A DNA stretch of 63,963 nucleotides, the filler included, from Lenisia limosa (lineage: Eukaryota > Protista > Breviatea), in NCBI GenBank assembly GCA_001655205.1. It is 15 parts of 15 records of this genome, joined end to end, with 100 filler letters (N's around TTAATTAATTAA, not from the genome) between each part and the next. Parts side by side here need not be neighbours in the genome. Positions count along the whole stretch, not along the records: positions 42,617 to 58,561 come from LPNZ01011223.1; positions 58,662 to 62,291 come from LPNZ01002333.1; positions 62,392 to 63,963 come from LPNZ01010258.1; 12 more parts are not named here. The stretch is one strand, 5' to 3'. The translations under genes were made by a program, and so were the position numbers. The notes under the pieces are model-generated. The model saw only the letters and a list, made by a program, of their open reading frames with translations, ran no database searches and was not told the DNA's origin. Position 1 is the stretch's first letter; each line of letters opens with the position of its first letter. Of this stretch, positions 56,760 through 63,963 are shown in pieces.

Positions 56760-58420
56760 TCCCCCCACAATATCACAATCCGAGGACTGACGACTGATCT
56801 CATTGGCGTTGTTTTCCCTCTTCTGCAGGGAAACGATAGCAAGTGAGTGGGCAGAAACGAAGAACGCCAGAAGTCCGACTATCCCCGCGGTCAGAGCTTT
56901 GGCTGCAGACACCAATGTCTTGACTGGGGGGTGGGGGTGAAAATAATCTATTTTATGAAACAAAAATCACAATGTCAAAAAGATTCATATGTATGGAGGT
57001 TAAAAGTAGGGCTTCTTCTCGATAAATCCTTGAAAACTATCGATACTATATTGGTCTTTTTCGAACTAAAGTGAATTACTTGTTATAGGGGTGCTAGACG
57101 TTTTTGACAAGGGGGAGGGTTGGACTAAAGGTGGCGGTGGTTATAGATGATGTTGAATCGTCATCTCATGTATACATGCATATACTGTATATCTGAAAAG
57201 TCTTGGTGCATACTGTCAGTTTTGGCTTGGGACGCCTTTCTCTTCACATCAGACACAGTGTCGGAGAGAGACACCACCAATGCTTTGGGAGAGTCAAGTG
57301 GAAAATTTATGAAACAAAAAAGCCCAAATCAATTCTGTTGGCTAACAACAAAACAAACAAAGCTTGACGGGGGTGGAACATTTATGAAAATTTATGAAAC
57401 ATCCCCATCAACTCTTTTTTGAAAAACATTTNNNNNNNNNNNNNNNNNNNNNNNNNNNNNNNNNNNNNNNNNNNNNNNNNNNNNNNNNNNNNNNNNNNNN
57501 NNNNNNNNNNNNNNNNNNNNNNNNNNNNNNNNNNNNCTCCAGCGTACCATGGGGATCGGGAAGGGTTCGACTTTCCTCTTCAGAGAGCTCACTGATTTGC
57601 GCGTATAGAGCCTATAGCAATAAAAGGAAGGTTTATTTGCAGTTAAGTCTATATTGAAACTAGATTCCAAGATGCGGCGGTTGACCCCATAATATATCAT
57701 AATATATCATAATATAGCTACATAGCTGACCCCTCACCCCCACCTCTTCAAGATTGCGCTTAGTGCACATTTCCACCAGCGGTGCCGCATCGGAAAGAAA
57801 CATTCGGACGGCACGGATGTCGGAAGCGGAAGCGGAAGAGCCGTCGGCTTGCGTTGGCATGGCGGCTCGGAGTGAGTTCTGGTCTTTTTCAATGGCTTCA
57901 ATTCTGATGGAGTAAACATGAAAAATGGATGAACCAAAACAATTGAGAACCTTGTCTACCCCCTCCCCCACTTGTTCTCAATACTTTCCACATCAGAGCG
58001 CTGCTGTCGAAGGAGAATGCCAAGTTCATTGATAATCTAAGCAGTCACGAAGATAACATGGGATCTAGGCTGGCAAAATATGCATCTATCAACCATCATG
58101 TTTATAGAGCCAAAGCAGGCATCTCTTTATCAAATTGAATTCGTGCTTGCTTCTGAAGGTTCTCAACATATGGAGCATTTTAATTACAAGGAACAGTGGA
58201 AATTTGTCAAAAATTTAAATCGTTTTTTAATAATAGTAAAAAAAACGCTTACATTGGCGACTTCTGGCGAGACCGTTTGTTCACTTGCTTTGGGTATAGC
58301 TGGAGGGTCAGTATTATGTAAACCATTCACAAATGGCAGTAGAGCCCCTTACATTTGGAGATTTCTCTAGCCTTTTTCTTGGTGTTTTCCTCCGACAGCT
58401 CTTGAACCTGCGGAATTAGA
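56760..58420 (-). CDS. Helical-repeat (possibly HEAT-like) protein, 3' portion
   Basis: Exons VQELSEENTKKKAREISK, IINELGILLRQQRSD, ALVVSLSDTVSDVKRKASQAKTD and VKTLVSAAKALTAGIVGLL. Confidence 0.5.
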
Positions 58421-58667
58421 ACAAAGCAATTCTCAAGGATAGTGACTATTGACTTTGCTTGTTTTGTAACATGATTAGGGCTTCCCTACGGTCCCACAGA
58501 TGACTGAATTTCTCGATAAATCCTCGATAAATATCGATATTTGACCGGTCTTTTTCGGACCNNNNNNNNNNNNNNNNNNNNNNNNNNNNNNNNNNNNNNN
58601 NNNNNTTAATTAATTAANNNNNNNNNNNNNNNNNNNNNNNNNNNNNNNNNNNNNNNNNNNNATTTTT

Positions 58668-59544
58668 TAAAAAGTGGACACGGTCATGTCCCTGGACACG
58701 GTCATGTCCCCCCACCTATATTAATAATACAAGATCTTTTACTATGCTAAATCCAACTAAAATGGTTTTTGAAAGAGAAAAAAACGGCAAAAAGAGAAAA
58801 GTTGCTTCACGGTGGCGCGCAGTTTCCAAATTTCAACTTACCCAAATGACATCCTTTTCTTTATCTCCACGCTGTGTTAGTAGGTTTTCTACTATATTGT
58901 ATTTATATTATGACAGGGAAATACAAAANNNNNNNNNNNNNNNNNNNNNNNNNNNNNNNNNNNNNNNNNNNNNNNNNNNNNNNNNNNNNNNNNNNNNNNN
59001 NNNNNNNNNNNNNNNNCCCTTTTTTTTTTGTCTTCCCCTTTTTTTTTGTTCACATCATAGTTATGTACGTAAAAATAACGGATGATGACTTTAAAGAAGA
59101 TTTTTGGAAGTTTAGAGGCCTCAAAAATTAATGACACCATTTTGGAATTAATGACACTTTAGGACCGTGAGCATATCCTGTACGCAAGAAAAACCGTCAC
59201 ATACCGTAACGAATAGGCAATGGGGGGAGTTACAATAAGATAATTCAATTTCGGAGGGTTACAACTTCTTGTTCCGTAAAAAGCCCTCACATCCGAGAAA
59301 GTTTAGCCCCTGTTCTCAATTTGTTTAAGTCAATAATTGCTGAAACTTTATATTCTGGTAGTTCAAGATGATATCTATTCAAAGGCAATTTGTCCGAGGG
59401 GGGTTAACTTTCAACTTAGACTATTGGAAAAGGGTCTTTCAAAATAAAAAATCCGACAAAAAGGCAACCCGGACCGCAGGCCAGAATTGTCTAAAAAGTG
59501 GGCACGGTTATGTCCCTGGACACGGTCATGTCCCCCCACCTATA
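58668..59544. repeat. Pair of 53-bp direct repeats (58668-58720 and 59492-59544)
   Basis: Two mismatches. Each contains two GGACA-CGGTCA-TGTCC mini-palindromes and ends in CCCCCCACCTATA. Confidence 0.9.
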
Positions 59545-59569
59545 CTGGAACGCTATGAGGCAACAGTTC

Positions 59570-60930
59570 TCACCGGGGGTAAAGGGCACCGTCAGGGCAC
59601 GGCTTACAGTCCATGCCACCAATGGGGCCGTAGTAACCCACAACATAGCGGCATCTACATGGTCATTAAACTGAAGATAATGTAGGGTGTGGAAATGCAG
59701 CTGGTTTGTTGATCCATAAACCATAACGAGTGAGCCAACCTGTCTTGAGAAATGGCACTAACGTCGTCGTAAGTAGACGACAGCGCGGGACAGGGTGTGC
59801 AGAAAGACGACCCGTTGTTGGGTGCCAAGGTCGCAGGCATAACACTCGGTCAGGCCTAGAAAATGACGCAACTAAGAGGGCTTACCCGTGGAGTTAGTGA
59901 AGTAGCCCATTGGACAGTCAAGACATTTGGTTTGACCCAGGGCCTCAGCAGGAGCGTACTGGCCGCCGGGGTAAGCTTGGCAGGCCGCGAGTTGTTGGGG
60001 CTCATCAAAATACTGGTGGGTCAAGACAAGGACCGACGTTACTGCTGGTTTATGACATTAAACATCCCAAGAACGCTCACCGAACCTCCCGGACAGTGCT
60101 CGGGCCACTCATTGTTGCCAACTCCTGTCCAGGCACACACAGCGGCTGCGCATACTCCTTGGAGACCAGCAGGTCATCGAAGCCTTGGATGGTTACGACG
60201 AGTAGCATCGGCCGCGTGACGGCGTTGTCACGTTGTACATGCCGACTCCACCGTAGGTCTGGAACACCTACATCATGTCATTATCGGCAACTAGCATCCT
60301 TAATGTCATTGTGAAACTGAAGGATTCTCACATATCATCGTCCTATCATATATATAGCAATGAGAAATACAACAGTATCTGACCGAAGCTGTCCACACCA
60401 TCACGCAGAAGAGATATTGGATTATAGTATAATAATAATTCACCCGATCATTTGCCTTATAACTCTGGCACATAGCTTTCTGCCTGTCTCCCCAGCGTAC
60501 CATATAGCCAGCGAATTGTACCAAAGCTGCGCCATCTGAATCGTCAAACTCCATCTCAAATCTAGAGGTAAGAAGAAGCGTGCGACGACTTACCGATGAT
60601 CTACGTCATCATAAACGTTGTCAAACTGGTCTCTAGCGAAGATGTTGAAGTGTTTCGACCCCTGTCCGACCTAAATAGTTACCACCGAAAGAGGAACAAG
60701 AGAAACTCACAATTGCGTTTTCCAAAGCGCTTGTAAAAGACTTGTCACTTGGAACACTTGAGAAGATGGTGACGTTGAATGGAGAGTTAGCAATGGCCTC
60801 CAAAGGCCTTATAGCAAATCTTGATAAGTCAGTACATGCAGAGTTTGTCCAAGAGAAGGCAGTACATGCAGAGTTTGTACAAAGAAGTCGGTCAGCCCAC
60901 AGACCGTGGATGCCCTCGTCACGAAGGTAT
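59570..60930 (-). pseudogene. Filamin-type Ig repeat plus Cys-rich (CxxC) repeat gene fragment, apparently degenerate
   Basis: IANSPFNVTI, FNIFARDQFDN and G.YNVT.TP filamin motifs, then CLDCPMGYF, CYACDLG and CKPCPDG. There is a frameshift near 59820 and three Cys-to-Tyr changes at expected CxxC positions. Confidence 0.6.
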
Positions 60931-61200
60931 GCAACTTATTGCTACTTTTGTAAAAACAAGATATTGAAAGCAAACACTTCTACGATGATGCGGGAGGCGT
61001 TGTAGCAGTGCCCGCGGTTCTGAGAAGCCAGTGATCCCTGGTTGGTTGGTAATTTCCTCGTGAACGGTACATATGATATACAGTGTACTATTTAATATAT
61101 GTAATATTATATGTATTGAAAATTTTTGGTATTTTGACACAAATCCATGATAATGTCCATCTTGTTAGGTCATCAAAAGCAATAGACCTTCACCTCCCCA

Positions 61201-61760
61201 GGGCTACGAGTTTGTCCCTCTGGCGGATGACTGCATTCTACGGCCCGTCGACCCGAGTCTGACTTTCGCTTTTGGCCTAACCTCACCGTCGGACAGTACT
61301 TTGATCTACGACGGAACTTATGTCATTAAGTACACCCCGACTGTGACTGGTGTCTCCGTTCAAGTCAAGGAGTTTACTTACGAATCTCTGACCGACATTG
61401 CCTCAAACATTCATCTTCACATGCTCAGTGGATTGGTATCTGACCTTCCACCCATCATTTTGGTATATGAGTTTGGTGATGGCAAGGAGCGAATTATCTC
61501 TCTTTCCCAGGTCTGCTGAATGGGCGTATGAGAGCTTTTATTGAATAAATATACAATTATCATCAAGTACATATAATATATACAGTAAATATATGAGATC
61601 ATATCATATGTATTATAATTATAAGTTCTTGTTTTGGTATGCTTTTCATCATGGCAATTGATAGTTCTTTCATAGGTCTGCGGAGAAATCGAGCTTGCTT
61701 GTCATGAGGTCAGGCTTCCAATCATCACCTCCGCTTCTGACGGGTGAGTTCCAGTTAAGT
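61201..61760 (+). CDS. Filamin-type Ig repeat exon(s), gene fragment
   Basis: RPVDPSLTFAFG...YDGTYVIKYTPTVTG after an AG acceptor at 61200. Confidence 0.55.
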
Positions 61761-62955
61761 TGTTTCATTGAGAAGACAGTTTCGTATTAATTGGTTCAGT
61801 GACGCCTCATCCCTTGCGTTCCAGCACTCCACGATGAAGCCGATGACAACAGCAATCCAGCGAGATCTCGGCCTCTCTCCCCAATATCATCTTATCGCCT
61901 TCAAGGCAGAGCCCCCATTCCGATTCCAAGTCTGAATACGACAAAATATCCTCTCATCTTTAAATATTCAGGATTTACACCACTCATGCCTCAAGTTTCA
62001 CACCCGAACAGTCGGTATTGACGCTTTACTGGTTGGTTATTACATCAAAGTATCGGCTGTTGTAGTTTGATATTCATTGTTATAGTTTGGTAAAGTTTGG
62101 TTGATTCGGGACATCCTGGTACCTTTCCTCAACAAGGTCGAGTATCACTTCATCAGGCTTAGCCAATCTGACTTGATCTCTGCTGCCAACCAGTGAGCTT
62201 TGATGGAGTGCTTTCTGTTTTGTTGTTACAATGTCACATTAAATTAATAAAATTGTTTTGTAGGAAGTGATTTTGATTTCACAGATTGAAANNNNNNNNN
62301 NNNNNNNNNNNNNNNNNNNNNNNNNNNNNNNNNNNTTAATTAATTAANNNNNNNNNNNNNNNNNNNNNNNNNNNNNNNNNNNNNNNNNNNNACTCAGCGG
62401 AGGGGGCGGGGTAATAGTATCAGTTTGTCTTTAAAGCAGATTGCGGTTGGAGAACCTGGCTCGGTCAAAGAACCGTAAACGAGCAAAACTTGCGTGATTT
62501 TTATTTAGTGTATTAAAAGTTATATTTTTTGAGATAAGAGAACAACAATTATGATTTTTAGTTAAATTTTCGTAAAAAGTAGTAAAAATATGACGTCACC
62601 GTAAGTTTATGTTCGGATATGATCCGTGACAATTCTCTCCNNNNNNNNNNNNNNNNNNNNNNNNNNNNNNNNNNNNNNNNNNNNNNNNNNNNNNNNNNNN
62701 NNNNNNNNNNNNNNNNNNNNNNNNNNNNNNNNNNNNNNNNNNNNNNNNNNNNNNNNNNNNNNNNNNNNNNNNNNNNNNNNNNNNNNNNNNNNNNNNNNNN
62801 NNNNNNNNNNNNNNNNNNNNNNNNNNNNNNNNNNNNNNNNNNNNNNNNNNNNNNNNNNNNNNNNNNNNNNNNNNNNNTTTTTTTAAAAAAAAAACCAATA
62901 TAATATGAAATATTTCGCTTTTCGACAAAGTAATTTCGTATTTTTGACATTCCAG

Positions 62956-63030
62956 GAGACAACTGGGTAGTCGAGTGCAAGGGTGACTGGGACCGTGGGG
63001 AGAACATCGCCCTCAAGCACGTTGATACTG
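62956..63030 (+). CDS. MIR-domain exon (SDF2-like; protein O-mannosyltransferase not excluded)
   Basis: GDNWVVECKGDWDRGENIALKHVDTG with AG/GT boundaries. Confidence 0.7.
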
Positions 63031-63963
63031 GTGGGGGGGTCTGAGGCATCGCCTTCAAGCACGTTGATACTGGTGGGGTGGTCTGAGACACATGTATGTT
63101 TCTCAGATATTTAACCAACAGTGCTGATTTTGAGGGGGGGTTTTTGTATTATTTTTCATCGAATGATCCTCAGTTTAACCCCTCCATCTCCCCCTTCCCC
63201 CCCGAGTGATGGGATGTGGTGCTGCGACTGGCCCGGGCTNNNNNNNNNNNNNNNNNNNNNNNNNNNNNNNNNNNNNNNNNNNNNNNNNNNNNNNNNNNNN
63301 NNNNNNNNNNNNNNNNNNNNNNNNNNNNNNNNNNNNNNNNNNNNNNNNNNNNNNNNNNNNNNNNNNNNNNNNNNNNNNNNNNNNNNNNNNNNNNNNNNNN
63401 NNNNNNNNNNNNNNNNNNNNNNNNNNNNNNNNNNNNNNNNNNNNNNNNNNNNNNNNNNNNNNNNNNNNNNNNNNNNNNNNNNNNNNNNNNNNNNNGTTGT
63501 TGTTGACGACAACAATGTTAGGTGTCTAAATTAATTAAAAGGAAAAACAAATACAAAAAATACACATTCTGTACTACAACTACCTAATAATACGAAAACA
63601 AAATTTGCTCCCGTTGACTTCGTCGGAAACACAACTTTCAGCTTCCGAAGGCTTCCGGCATTTTTGTTTTGTTTTCACATCAACCTAATAATTCCAAAAT
63701 GAAGAACATTGGTACTACAACAATAAAAAGGAATACTGTAAATATTATTTATATTATATAGTAAAATATATTTATTACCCTCCAATCGCCCGAGTGATGG
63801 GATGCGGTGCTGCAGTGTTTTGTTGTTTCAACCCTCGTGTTACTTACCAACAGAGATGATTTTGGGCTTTTTTTGTTTAACAAATTTTCCGTCCTCACCC
63901 CCTGCCCCAAACAGAGTTTATTTTGGCGTGTTTTTGTTGTTTTCATACCCCCCCCCCCCCTCG

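Larger units (their letters stand above)
1..63963. other. Pseudo-scaffold of ~15 unrelated contigs joined by artificial 100-nt linkers
   Basis: Identical 44N-TTAATTAATTAA-44N blocks at 2443-2542, 6424-6523, 9122-9221, 12466-12565, 15783-15882, 17215-17314, 19324-19423, 24485-24584, 26293-26392, 35902-36001, 37901-38000, 42517-42616, 58562-58661 and 62292-62391. Genes are cut at these points. Confidence 0.97.

Overview
This is not one locus. It is a concatenation of about 15 short contigs joined by an artificial 100-nt linker (44 N + TTAATTAATTAA + 44 N), with further internal N gaps. Fourteen contigs come from an intron-dense eukaryote, probably unicellular, with GT-AG introns, short exons and the standard code; I did not identify the taxon. 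Recognisable genes are squalene synthase, the DRG1 C-terminus, an RFC4-like last exon, a METTL23/21-type methyltransferase, a MIR-domain exon, a tandem pair of secreted triple C1q-like proteins, and Cys-rich multi-pass membrane proteins. Their introns are packed with small non-autonomous elements: a ~100-bp hAT MITE with 8-bp TSDs (~22 copies), a Tc1/mariner-type MITE, and two unclassified families that seem always co-oriented with the host gene, one of which abuts 3' splice sites. One contig (19424-24484) is bacterial and Flavobacteriia-like, and it is the most interesting part. It holds four unrelated ORFs separated by co-oriented attC-like hairpin sites. Each testable cassette's start is complementary to its own downstream R'' box, the footprint of integron-type cassette mobility. 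One cassette is a 2.6-kb T9SS cargo gene. No integrase is visible in the window. All gene models and family calls are by eye; no searches were run.
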